Both the position numbers and the translations under genes were made by a program. From the NCBI RefSeq assembly GCF_018977255.1, contig NW_024704743.1, forward strand, positions 78,680,001-78,744,000: a stretch of 64,000 nucleotides of DNA. Reading direction: 5' to 3'. The notes under the pieces are model-generated. The model did no database searches, was not told the origin of the DNA, and saw nothing but the letters and a program-made list of their open reading frames with translations. Each line of letters opens with the position of its first letter. Within the stretch, counting starts at the first letter, position 1. This DNA is from Callorhinchus milii. Taxonomy: Eukaryota. This document shows, one piece after another, positions 39,275 through 52,084 of this stretch.

Positions 39275-39936
39275 AAACTTCACTGCACTTAAAAAAAAAC
39301 TAAATTGGAAAACAACAGAGCTTTTAAGTAAACACAATAAAGCTAAAGATGAAAATATTCTAAATGGGACGCAGTCCAAATCAGGCCTTTCAGGATATCC
39401 ATATACTGTAGAACCAGCTAAGAAAAGACTTGCTGTGGACCTGACATTTATCCCAGTGAATGCTGCAAAGAACAAAGCATTAAGCAACTGCCCTTCAAGA
39501 TTGTATAATGAGTAACAGCAGTGTTCAGGACTATATTAACCTCCACCCCCTTTATTTGGACACACATGACCAGTATAAATCATTTAGAGGCTGACCATGC
39601 ATATTATTTGGTGAACGCCGGCCAAAGAGTGAAGCGTGACAATTACAAGATCACAAGCAACTCCTTCAATCACACTTCAAACTGGAACCCGACGCAAAGC
39701 ACTAAATCCTTACAAAAGAAACCTTTCATGGCACATTTATATTCCAGATATATATATACCTGCAGCAGGGACTGTGAAGCTGAAGTGCTCACAGTTCAGC
39801 GACACTATCCACGTTCCACCACTTTGTCATTCACTGACTTTGCATCTACACTTTGGATAAGTGGAAGGAAGAGGGTAGGTGTGTGTAATACAGGGAATAT
39901 CAGATGACTTTGCTCCTTCTAAACTTGTGTTTTGGG

Positions 39937-40307
39937 TAATAATAATAATCGTTGTATTTGATATAGAGCCGTATTACATCTTCGAGATGTCTCAAAGTAC
40001 TCCACAGAATATACTGTAAAGTGAATTGGCTGTATATTTTGTGGGCTAAATGCGGGAGCCAATTTCACACAGCAGTGTCCCAACAGTCATGGATTGAAGT
40101 GACCAAATTATTATTATTATTTATTTATTTGAAGAGATTATTAACCCCGGAAAAGCGATCCAGCAATCGACAAACAACTGGGTTCCTACCTATTGCTAGA
40201 TAAACAGAGGACTAAGGAAACTTGCCCAACATGTTGCCCTGCCAGGAATCGAATCCAGGTCTGCTTGCTTGCGAGGCAAGCACTCTAACCACTGAGCTAC
40301 AGGACTC
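39937..40307 (-). mobile_element. tRNA-derived SINE, long variant
   Basis: Head GAGTCCTGTAGCTCAGTGGTTAGAG...GGATTCGATTCC; internal CTAGCAATAGGTAGGAACC segment; tail. Confidence 0.87.
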
Positions 40308-43300
40308 CACGATGCATCTGATATTATTGTGCCAATTTCTTGACACACAAGTTTTCAGAGCATGACCAGAGCATCACCACATCCAATCCTTCATATTCAG
40401 CACAGGAGATCCAAATGATACAAAAGTGGCATAAAAGAGAAAAAAATGTTCTCTTCCTTGTATATTAGCAAGCTTAAGTAAAAGGTCAATTAATGCCTTC
40501 AAATGAATGTGACATTCATTGTAAAGACTGTTACTGAAAACTAAAGCAGATGTCTTCTGATCCCTTTCAATTTGTTGTATGCTTTGAAGTCCACTGGTTG
40601 ATTTGCTTTGCACACAGTAAACAAGTCCTCTCTTTCAGCTCTTCTACTGACAAGGCAACATTCAGATTTTTTTCAAAAAAAATCTATCGTTGATGTAATT
40701 GGTTCCAAAAAGTATTTTTATATATGCATTTCCTTCACTTTCTTTTGGAAGATTTCCTGAAGCTATCACACACCATTTCGGACAGATTGTAAACATAGTT
40801 CTTCTGCTAAACATGCACAAGAATTCTGTCCCCTCCTGCTTTTTCTTCCCCCTCCCCCCTCAAAAATACAAATGCCCTCTCTATAATCTCCTTCATTTTA
40901 CTACGTACTAGTTTTGTTACAAGTAGCAAGAACCACTCTCTGCAGCTGAAAAAGCTTGGCTGCATTCTATAGAAATGAGTAAACATCGATATCTTGCGAT
41001 TCTCTACAATCAGATGAAAATAGGTTTTCAGTGGCAAACATTGATTGATTACAGTGCAAGAATCAGAAAAATTGAGAGAAAAATTATCGTAATAATATTC
41101 GATTCATCTCTCTTTTGTGAACTCCATGCGCAAAAATGTATGTAAAAAAGATAAGTCAAAAAGAAAATTTAAGGTTGTATCTTGGCACGCTGACAAGAGT
41201 TTGACATTATTGTGCTACCTACACATGGAAATTTCTCTGTGTCCTGAATGAAACATGCACTCTCTACCATCTGAAGGAACCCACCATGCTAATCTATTAG
41301 AGCAAATAGGGAAAACAAAATTGATTTTTTTTTTCTTTGAAATTCCATCTACATTCTCGACCTGCAGCAAGGAACCCTATTTTCAATATTCTAGCTGGAA
41401 TTTTCCTATTCCTCTAACATCTCTTTCTCACGGCCTCAACGCATTCCTTGCAAGGAAGAGCTCGATCGGCTCAGGCAAGTACAGCTGGGTGCTTCGGATC
41501 TTGTGACTTGTCTGAGCTGGTGCTGATGCAGAGCCACCAGGCTGTGCAAATCCAGTTCTAATTGGTTATTCACACTGGCCAGTGCTGGACTTTAAGCGTA
41601 GAGAATCTTTACTATGTTGGTCCAAATCCTCACTATAGCCACTCTAGCTGTTCCTCATAAGTAATGTGAGAAGTGACCAAGTGCAGGAGGTAATTTTAAA
41701 ATGACGAACGTTTACATCTCGCTTTTGTAACTTCAGATTAGCATTGTTACTTCCTGCATGTTGTACGCTTCCAAGTTATATACAGGAAGTACCATGAACT
41801 TTAGTTTGTGAAGGACCAGAATTCAGTGGAAACTTGCTAATCCATAAGTCAGACATTTTTAGCACATCGTTTATAACATGGTCATTGAGCTATTGGACCA
41901 AGGTGACTACATTGCAACAAGATTACCCTAATATATACACAGCGTAATGACACCACAGTTTTCACACTGCCGAACAATAAACCTTGCATTTTGTAATGAA
42001 AGGAAAGTCTGGAGCTGCATAAAAAACAATGCAAGGGGCAGAGCTCTCAATTGTAGGTCACTCCATAAAGAGCAGGCAGCAAAACCAGCGTAATTATCAA
42101 AAACACTTCAACAGCTTGAAGGACTGCAATTTAAAATGCCCTTTTACATTAAGAGTTTGCCTCCTGACGCTGACCCAATTCCAACATTAGCTGACTTAAA
42201 GCTCTATAGTTTCAATTTGTACCTTCTAAACTCCCAGAACAAGAATAACAGGCAGGCACCATCAGACAAAAATAGGAAATGAAGGACAGCCATTCAAGTG
42301 ATGGTTCAGGTTTGAATCTTGCAAAAATGCTTCAAAACAAGACCGTAAGTTACAGCTAGGGCATTACTGCAAGGTCTATGGCTCAACGTGATGTGATGCA
42401 TCTTCATACCCAATGTAAAATAATCCCACCATAAATTTGATCATGTGAAGCAACAGCTGCCTTAACCTTGAGCCATTACCCAGGAGCTTTATTTGATCAC
42501 TCTTCACTCAAACCCCACATTGGGACTTCCTTCAGCTCATTTAAAGGCTGACACGTCAATGCAGTACATTGGGAGCATTGCATCTTTCATACGAGACATT
42601 AAAGAAAATTTCTTACTGCTTCTTCGTGTGGACATTAACTGTCCCGTGACACTATTAGAAAAGAGTTACCCTAGCCAATGTTCAGATTAATTGGTTAATC
42701 TCACGATAGCTGTTTGGGGACTTTATGTAAATGACTAATCCATGTGGGTGGGGGTGGAGGGGGGTAAAAGGGAGAAGGGAGAAGAGAAGGGGGAGAAAGA
42801 AGTTGCGGCTGATGTTATTAACTCCCTGCGTGTTGCACGCATCCTATTTATATGCAAGAAGTGTTTGCCTAGAGAAAACAGTCAATGTATCTGTGTGCAG
42901 CAAACTATTAACTTTGAGATATTTTGATATGATGAATGCTGACCATCATTGCATTTATTCCCAGTGGTCTTAAGAGCCACGTTTTTCACTGAAAAAATGA
43001 AAACGAAGAAATTCATATTGTTTTTGTAATGACGAAACAGGACACACAACACCCATTGGGCAAGGCGGTGAACTGCTGAACCTGCTTTGACTAGGGGACT
43101 GTCCAAACAAGAGACCAGACATCAGAGAAGTATGGATTTAAGAAACTGGCGGTCAATGGTACTCAAACAGATAGCCACTTGTTAAGAAACAAGTGCTGAA
43201 GCCTCTAATGACTTTAGAATAATTTAGTAAAACCCTGGCTTTCAGATGTAAACATTTGAATTTTGTATATATTTTACCACTCAGTTTCTATCACTTTGAA

Positions 43301-44428
43301 CCCCATTTAACTATCCAAGCTACAATTTATGCACCAAAGGATTAACACCGTTGTCAGGTTTTCCACTATGCAATTTGGTACTACATTTCACATGGAAAGT
43401 CTAGTGACTGGAATGCCCAGTTATTTTGACCACAAGATCGATGACAAAAATAAAAATAGAACATTAGGGTAGGAGGAATACATGAGGCATCAACAGAACG
43501 ATAATATTTAGGGGGCATCACAACTGAGAACAAACTTAACATTGAGATTGTATTACAGCCTGTAACAACTTGTTTAATGGCGTACACTGCATTGCATCAC
43601 TGTTTTTTGTTGCAAAGGCCTGCTCTCATGGCACCGTGACAACTACCATAGGTCTCTATCACCAAATGTCTGAAGACTGTGATTTCCCATCATAATAGCT
43701 TGAGGGGGCGGCAACAGTCGTTTATGACCCAAATGCAGTACATCATTAGGTTTTATCATTATGCAACAAAATATGTTTGCTGCTGCTTCAGGCACTTCAC
43801 ATGATTATAAAGCACACATCGCAGTCTGGGTTGACACTCCATTGCTTACCTTGTGAATAATCTTCCCTGGTAATATCCACATTACGTGTCAGAATTGTGA
43901 AAAATGCTCATTCAAGGGATGAAACTACAGTAACATTTTCAGTTTGAGTTAACACATATATAAATATATATATAATTATGTAAAAAAAACACCCAATGTA
44001 GGTCCTTTCATGACTTGCATTTTCACTTTGGTTTTCCAAAGTTTAGTTTCTGAAGAGTTATTCTTGACCTCACTCTTGTGAACACTATTTCTGAAGTTGC
44101 GGCAGAAGAATTTTTTTCTTAAAAATTCTCTCAAAAATGTGCCATTCCACAGCTTTCATGCGAACGACAGCCAGTAAAAATTGTGAAGAGCCAGTAAGAA
44201 GGTGAAATACATTGGAGCTTCACTGCTGGGCCCACCTGGTGACAAACGTAGCAGGTAAGAATGGATTACAAATCTTCTTCCTAATGCTCCCCTTTCTAAA
44301 AGTTATTGTGCAATCCAAAAGAATGTTCCAGGTTATTAAGGAACCGGTTGATTTCTTTTAACATTAAAAAAAACAAGGTAGAAAATATCTGCCAAGGAAA
44401 GGCTTCAATAACAAAAATTCAGATATAT

Positions 44429-44742
44429 AATAATAATAATAATCCTTGCATTTGATATAGCGCTTTTCACGTCAGGAGGACGTCCCAAAGCGCTTCACAG
44501 AACACACTGTAAAGTGAATTGACTGTATATTTGTGGGCGAACCCGGCAGCCAATTGCGCACAGCAATGTCCCACAAACAGTCGTAGATTGAAAATGACCA
44601 ATTTAATTATTGTTTTTGGTTTTTTGGAGGGATTATTATTAGGCGTGTGGAGTAAGGAAACTTGCCCAAGGTTTCTGCCTAGAATTGAACTCAGGTCTCT
44701 CGCTTGCAAAGCGAGTGCTCTAACCACTGAGCTACAGGACTC
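44429..44742 (-). mobile_element. tRNA-derived SINE, short variant, L2 tail type 1 (duplicate at 57452-57765)
   Basis: Very similar to 17376-17686. Confidence 0.9.
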
Positions 44743-44852
44743 CACAATAGTTAAAAGTGCACAGCAATGACTGGCTTTGAAAATAAAAAGCAGCACTATG
44801 TAGCCATGCGAAACTCGCAACCAGGAGGAAGATTGACAAGATGGTGCAAGTT

Positions 44853-45080
44853 CAACAACAACAACTTGCATTTGTATAGCGTCCCCCTTGCAGGGCAGTG
44901 TTCCAGAGCACTTCACATTGGCAGAGCAAGACACCGAGCCAGGGAGAGGTGACCGTAGGCCCAGGAAGATCGAAGAGGAAGGTTTTCAGGCACGGGGAAG
45001 GAGGGGGCAAAGCGAAGGGATAAATGAAGAGTGTTCCAGATTTTCGGGGCGAAGTGTCTGAAAGCACAACCACCGATCGA
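44853..45080 (-). mobile_element. Old L2 3' end (duplicate at 57876-58103)
   Basis: (AAC)n-TTGCATTTGTATAGCG tail; CLKTFLFD motif. Confidence 0.7.
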
Positions 45081-47979
45081 AAACCACTGACATCTTCTTT
45101 GTCAATTTTCTTTCCAAGATAGCTCTCCGCCACCTTGCTCCTTAAGCCATCAACATTACTTGTTAGATCCACCCATCCAGGAGCTGCACAATAACAGTGC
45201 AGTTTTGCATTCCATTTCCAATCTCCTTATTCCTGGCTTCTGGGGAGGCAGGGAAACCTCTAAGTCAAAATCTACACAGACTGCCTGACCTTTGCTTATT
45301 ACTATACGACCTTCTTACATACACAGCTCAATGCCGTCACGAACAGCTCATCTACAACCAGGAACTAAGCTATCTTAAAAGAAAATGGATTTTGTTTATC
45401 TTTGCCACCGTGAGCACTGTTGATGGAGGCACAAGATAGGACAAGAGAGAATTATGGCCTGCAGATATCCTGCAAAGTAACTGTATTGCCTGATCTATTT
45501 AGAACTCAATCTGGTAAGAGACGAAAATAAGATGCATCATCAAATACAATTCAGTACTTATATTAAAAAACAAAGAATATTTCAATTGCAAGTATGATTT
45601 TTTCTCTACCAGCTTTCGTTGTGCTTTAATTTCATTGCATCCTGAAATCATACTTGACAATTGCTGCATTCCTTAAAACATTAATTTTAAAACCTCACTC
45701 ATTGATACATTACCAATTGTTGAAAACATACAACAGGTGGGAAAACAAACAACATTTTCTAATCTGAATTTCATAGCAAATGACTCCTTTAGGAATACCA
45801 GATGTAATTGCAGGATACATCTCTAAACAGCGAGAGCAATTGCCTTGAAAGTTAACGATCTCATTAATTTGAATTCACATGTAAAACTGGTAAAAACATT
45901 TTTAAAGAGGTTCCCCAATGATTTGGTTACTAAATGTAGCACCCGGTGTACACTGAGCCATGGAAAAATGCAGGGTTGACCCTGGTCTGAACCAAATTGA
46001 TCTCAGCCAGGTCATCAGTGGCAAGGACATAAATGGACTCCATTTTGTTTTACGTGGGGAGAAAGGAAAACTGTCCATGGTTCTTAGTCTTGATCAGTAT
46101 CCAGCGATTTCTGTTGTAAACAGTGGCGCTGGACCAATTTTTGTAGTGGGGGTGCTGAAACCCCTGCCCCCTGCTTCGCCCACCCCCTATTACCTCCGCC
46201 ACTAGTCAGAAGCTGGTGTGATGACTATACAAGGAAAGGTGAAGATTTGAGGAGAGACAAGGAGTTGCTGGGGGAGGGACTGCTCCCAGTCCCGCTCTGT
46301 GGCAGTGCCTCGGGTCCAGGCTATACAGTTCTCCTCACTGTCGAGCTGTTCAGCAGCTGCCATTCACCTCCTGGATCCGCTTGAGCAGCCGCTGTTCTTA
46401 CTACCACAATCCCAGATCCTGTCCCCAACTCCCCCATCCCTATACCTGTTTGCCGACCCAGCTGTGTGCTGTGTGCTGTGCCGACTGTGTGCTGGCCCAG
46501 CTGCGTGCTGTGTGCTATCCCCGCTGTGTGCTGGGGCGCTGGGAGTAGCAACAGAAGGTGCTTCACACCAGAGTGCTGCCGTATCCCCAGCATCCCTCGT
46601 GCATCACACCTCCATGGTCTAACAATTGATTGGATTAGATATTTGGGGAGTAAGATATTAATGTGGATGTTTGTAAAAGGCAGGGAAATAGGATTAAAAG
46701 TTTCGCCATAATCTAATAAACTGATGAAACAGGCTTGACGAACTGTTCTCATGATCCAACCAGTAAACACAAGTCAATGACTTCAGGAAGAGTGACATTT
46801 TTGATGTTTACCTTTCTTTGGCCCACCCCACCCTTAATATTTAAAGATGAGAAGACGGGCAGGTGACTTGTAGGTTTCAGGCTTTACCACAAACTGAATG
46901 AAAGGAAGGTCATAAGGACAGAGTTAAGTCAAATCATCCATTTTCTGTCCTTGAGAAGACGGGTTTTGTTCAGACTGGAAACTTGCCTCAACGCTATTCA
47001 CAGACAAAAGGCACATGTCTTACCAGTCAACAAAAGACCACATGGCACCAAACCAACTGTCTTTACAGTATTTATAACACAGCTTTAAGCCTCCAGTGTG
47101 TTACGCAATACAGACAAGATTTAACATGTATCAACTGGTCTTGCACCTGCAGCTGTAACTAACACTGAAAATGCCAAGAAAGTCACAGAGGCTGAATTGG
47201 CTGTTGATCTTACGCTGAAAATTATTCTGATTTATTAAAAGACACTGTTGATGAGAATCAAGAAAGAATGAGTCAGGAATGGAACTGAAATAAGGCTGGA
47301 ATTAGGACTAAAAAAAAAGTGAGTGAATGATTTCAAGGGCTTACGATTACATTTCATCCTTTTGCAATTATTTTGAAGTTCCATCAAATCACTATTACAG
47401 TGATTTCATTCCCTACAGACAAATCTACATCAGCAGCACTAGATTAACTTGAATCTGTGAATGGAGGTCTGAAATTGAATTGATAATCACACACACTTAT
47501 CCAGCTGGCACCAGTTTACATACCTTTACATTGCTCTAGTTTGCAAGATTGAGAACAAGTTTGCCTTTGCATTTTTGCAGACCTGCCATGCTTAGCCGGA
47601 CACATCAGTACAGCACAGACCACAATAAACATATTTCCAAGATGAATACAAGGCACTTATTTTAAACGGATCTGAGAGGATTAATATTTGAAAAGGATGA
47701 GTGGATCCACAAGGATTCAAACACAGAAGATTTCCAGTCTACAAGATAAACCCAATCTTTGAAACTAAAACCAAAATCCACTGGAAGAAAGCACCGAAGA
47801 AATTTTAGAAATCTTTTTTTTTAACCATTCTGCTTACATTTAATGAAATGACATCAATAATAATTTCTTTCATTAAAAATGGTGAGGCAAACTTCAAGAT
47901 AGTGCATACTCCTTAGCATAGGCAAAATTCAAGGGCATATTTTCCTCCTGCAGTCTTCACTCTAACAATCAGTATTTAA

Positions 47980-48338
47980 AATAATAATAACCCTTGCATT
48001 TGATACAGCACCTTATCACATCTTCGAGACGTCTCAAAGTGCTTCACAGAATATACTGTCAAGTGAATTGACTTGTGTATTTTGTGGGCGAAACGCAGCA
48101 GCCAATTGCTCACAGTAGTGTCCCACAAACCGTCATGGATGAGTGACCAAATGTTTTTTTGAGGGTTTATTACTGCTGAAAAGCGATCTGCCAATCGACT
48201 AACAATCAGGTTCCTACTTACTGCTAGTAAACAGAGGCGTGTGGAGTAAGGAAACTTGCTTAGGATTTCACCCCGCCTGGAAATCAAAACTAGGTCCTCT
48301 CTTGCAAGGCGAGTGCTCACCAATACGCTACAGGACTC
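47980..48338 (-). mobile_element. tRNA-derived SINE, long variant (duplicate at 60996-61354)
   Basis: Head, internal segment, body and tail as in the other copies. Confidence 0.87.
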
Positions 48339-49995
48339 CACGAGTTCTCTTTTCACTGGGAATGGGGAACGAGAGGCTACCAGATGCTCAAGGATTTCTT
48401 TTGTAACCAGGCAAATGAGAATAATGAATCATGAATAATGAATAAATGATTACAATCATTCCTTCACTCTCGTTGGCAATATCGGTCACGGACAGGTACT
48501 TGGTTCACAGCATGGCGTAGGGCTTATATACAATGGAGTAAGCGGAGCGTAGATAATGTGTAAATTGACACGTTCAAGTAATGGTTTGTGAGTCGTGGAT
48601 GGGTAATATAGAACTAGATATGGACTTAAATAGATTTGGACTGAGCAATCTTGCAGGACTAGTGGCAAGAACCAGAGCTTTCCCAGAGCTTTCAGAAATA
48701 GCTCAATTCATAATTAACTGTTCAAAACTTAATTCTGATTTTTTTCTGAATTAATGCATGAAATATGACCTCAATTACAATACAAATCATCCACAACAAC
48801 AACAACTTGCACTTAACACAGGGTAGAATCTCAGAGCGCTTAACAGAGAACAGCTGGAGTGATAAATACGTTAGTTATTCAGGATGGAAAATATTATCCT
48901 TCCAAAGTAACACTTCTAACGGATATAAGAGCCTGTACATCAATTCTTAAGTGACCAAAATCCCTCACATTCTGTTCCTAATTTTAACTATCAGCAACAT
49001 GCAGATACAAGAGCACAGATGTGCAGCTGCTGTTACCATACGCGTAACTAACCCTAAAAATCCCAAGCAAATCAAGGCACCAGAATCGAGAGACATTATC
49101 GAGAGTATAATTTTGACTTTACAAGGGAACGGAAAATCAAAATGATTCTGCATGTAACGTAGTTTCCACTACTTCCTTCCTTGAGTTTAAAAAAACTGAC
49201 CTTAATCATTTCCTCAGCATTCCTAGGACAACGTTTTGTCTCTTATAAGAAAATGCAATGTTAAATGTGCACAGTTTAGCAAGTAAATTGTCCAAGAAAA
49301 GCTGCTTGATCTGTTAAGCGCTCTCGAGACACTACCTGCATGAAGAGCACTAATATGCACGTTGTGGAAATCCCTCTGCCTCATTCCCACCCTATGCTTT
49401 CAAAATCCATCCAAAAATCTCTCTTGATGAACCTTCGGCAACTTAGATCCACCTCCCCCTAGTTCAAGCTTTGCTAAGCATCTTGGTGAAAGGTACCACA
49501 TAAATTAAAATTGTTATTCATTATTAATTTTAAAAAAACAAGTAATCATTTTTTTCCCCCTGCGGTACTGAAGAAACGCAAGTTGATTTGGTGGCGCTGG
49601 ACAGGGGGATAATTCTCAAAGCGCCATAACCACCTCCTTCCATTGCTCTCCACTCAAAATCGGTCTGACCCTTCACCTCTTCACAAAGTACTTCTCTGAA
49701 CTCTGAACATGTGGAGAAGTTAAAATAATGAATGTGTGAACTGACTACAAGTCAAAAGAGGTGATTTTTGATTGCCACTGCTCAATTCAAGCCATTGCTA
49801 TCTCGAACTGGAACTTAACCCATGATAAAAAGGTCTCCCTATAATTTCTGCAATGCACATTCAGCACAGCCTCGCCCACTGAAACTATGGGCATTCCAGT
49901 GAAACAAAGAACTCAAATACACACATCATCTTCAGAGGATTCATCAAAATATCATAGCTGACCACTTCAGTCACTGGCAGAGTTCATCAGAACAA

Positions 49996-50323
49996 GAATC
50001 TTGTAGCTCAGTGGTTAGAGCACTCGCCTTTCAAGCGAGAGATTTGGGTTTGATTCCCAGCAGGGCAAAATGTTGGGCACGTTTCCTTGCTCCACACGCC
50101 TCTTATTGGCGGATCGCTTTACCGGGGGTAATAATTCCTTCAAAAAAAATAATAATAAATTGGCCACTTCAATCCACGACTGTTTGTGGGACACTGCTGT
50201 GCGCAATTGCCTGCCACGTTTCACCCACAAAGTAGTCAATTCACTTTACAGTATATTCTGTGAAGCGCTTTGAGATGTCTCAAAGACATGATCAGGCACT
50301 ATATCAAATTAAAGTATTATTAT
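49996..50323 (+). mobile_element. tRNA-derived SINE (duplicate at 63014-63341)
   Basis: TGTAGCTCAGTGGTTAGAGCAC...GGTTTGATTCCC; body; tail. Confidence 0.88.
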
Positions 50324-50369
50324 TTGCCCTATCTCTGACAATGAGCTCAAAGCCCTTCACCAGGATTTG

Positions 50370-50730
50370 AGCTCAGTCTGGGCTGACACTCCAATTCTGT
50401 GCTGGGAGAGACTAACATTGTCCGAGGTGCTGCCCTTCAAATGAGACATTAAGCCAAGGTCTTGTCTGCTTGTCAAGGTGGACGTCAACAAACGTCTGGC
50501 TCTATTCAGAAAGAAAAGCGAGATTCCCGAATATCTTCACCACCAATCTTCAAATAAAATTGATTCACTTCAATGGCTGTGTGTGGGACATTGCTATGCA
50601 GGCATTGGATGACACTTTTGTCTGTAAATATAGTCACTACACTTCACAGTAAAATCCTGTGAAGCCATTTTAGTCTTATAGACATCATGATCAGATGCTA
50701 TGTCAAACGCAATGATTATTATTCTTATTC
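50370..50730 (+). mobile_element. Old DeuSINE-like relic (duplicate at about 63388-63748)
   Basis: GGCTGACACTCCA...ATTGTCCGAGGTGCTGCCCTTCAAATGAGACATTAAGCCAAGG...AGGTGGACGT...GGCTGTGTGTGGGACATTGCT. Confidence 0.7.
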
Positions 50731-51250
50731 CTACTACCCCAAATACAGCCTTGAAATGGTATGTTTAATTTATACCGCTGATGCACGTTGCATCAGCAGA
50801 ACTGCTATTTAAGCTAAATTAAATGGCACAAATATCCATCTGGAGAGGTCATTATCTTTCCTTCCCACCCCAACCCCACCCCTTGTGCTGGCAGCAGGGC
50901 AAGTGCCGAGCCCACCCTAACAGATCAGTGATGGCGGTTTGCAATCATCAGCCAGACTCCTGGTAACTGTAAGAGAGGCTCGGTGACCAGAAAAATATTC
51001 TGCCAATTATGAATTTCAAGCAAGTCAGTGGCACAGGAACAAGGTGGTTGTGCTGTGCTTGCAGTTTGCTGTTTATTGATCCTCCCTGAAAAAATAAACA
51101 AGCTGAATTCCACAATGCTCAGGTATCATAGAAAATCGGATTAGACACGCACAATGAATCTGGTTTATTCTTGTGTGGGAGTGAACCAAATAAGCAATTT
51201 CCTACATAAAACACATGAATAGCTTCCTATTCCAGTTTGCCCACTCCTAC

Positions 51251-51275
51251 CAGGTACCCACAAATAACACCAGAT
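51251..51275 (-). CDS. Candidate 25-nt micro-exon
   Basis: Very long pyrimidine tract ending CCCTCCAG| ... CTG|GTAGGA. Confidence 0.3.
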
Positions 51276-51276
51276 C

Positions 51277-51875
51277 TGGAGGGAGAGAGAGGGAATGTGG
51301 GGAGAGGGAGAGAGTGGGGGAGAGAGGGAGAGAGAGTGGGGAGAGAGAGAGTGTGGGAGGGGAGAGGGTGGGGAGAGAGGGAGTGTGGGAGAGGGAGAGA
51401 GTGGGGGAGAGAGGGAGTGTGGGAGAGGGAGAGAGTGGGGGAGAGAGGGAGTGTGGGAGAGGGAGAGAGTGGGGGAGAGAGGGAGAGAGGAGAGAGAGTG
51501 GGAGAGAGAGAGTGTGGGAGAGAGAGAGAGTGGGGGAGAGAGGGAGTGTGGGAGAGAGAGAGGGAGAGAGAGAGAGTGTGGGAGAGAGAGAGGGAGAGAG
51601 AGGGAATGTGGGGGAGAGGGAGAGAGTGGGGGAGAGAGGGAGAGAGAGTGGGGGAGAGAGAGAGTGTGGGAGAGAGAGAGAGTGGGGGAGAGAGGGAGTG
51701 TGGGAGAGAGAGAGGGAGAGAGAGGGAATGTGGGGGAGAGGGAGGGAGTGTGGGAGAGAGGGAGGGAGTGTGGGAGAGAGGGAGGGAGGGGGGGGGAATG
51801 TGGGGGAGAGGGAGGGAGTGTGGGAGAGAGGGAGAGAGGGAGTGTGGGAGAGAGGGAGAGAGGGAGGAGGGGGAG
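51277..51875 (+). repeat. Polypurine (GA/GT-rich) minisatellite
   Basis: Units such as GTGTGGGAGAGAGGGA / GTGGGGGAGAGAGGGA; no C over about 600 nt. Confidence 0.95.
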
Positions 51876-51904
51876 CGAACACCTTCACCCACACACTCAC
51901 TCAC

Positions 51905-51936
51905 GCACAGAGGAACTCCCGACAGTCGCTCTCCCG
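51905..51936 (-). CDS. Candidate 32-nt micro-exon
   Basis: TTTGATTTGTATTAAACAG| ... |GTGAGT; CpG-containing; open in all three frames. Confidence 0.35.
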
Positions 51937-52084
51937 CTGTTTAATACAAATCAAACCCAATCCACTTTTTTATGTGCAATAAAAAAAAATTAAATATATT
52001 TTTTTAAGAAAAGGGAAATAATTCCTGTGACTGGGGATTTGTGGAGGGGGCTCAAGGCAGCCTGTTCCCTGGGGTGGGCGCGAT

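Larger units (their letters stand above)
43337..50981 (+). repeat. Segmental direct repeat, copy 1
   Basis: Colinear and near-identical to 56365-64000, including all embedded SINEs; ORF track repeats with about 13.02 kb offset. Confidence 0.97.

Noticed and set aside
44153..44254. Plus-strand exon candidate ending CAG|GTAAGA
   Set aside because: Stops in all three frames and no supporting plus-strand exon chain.
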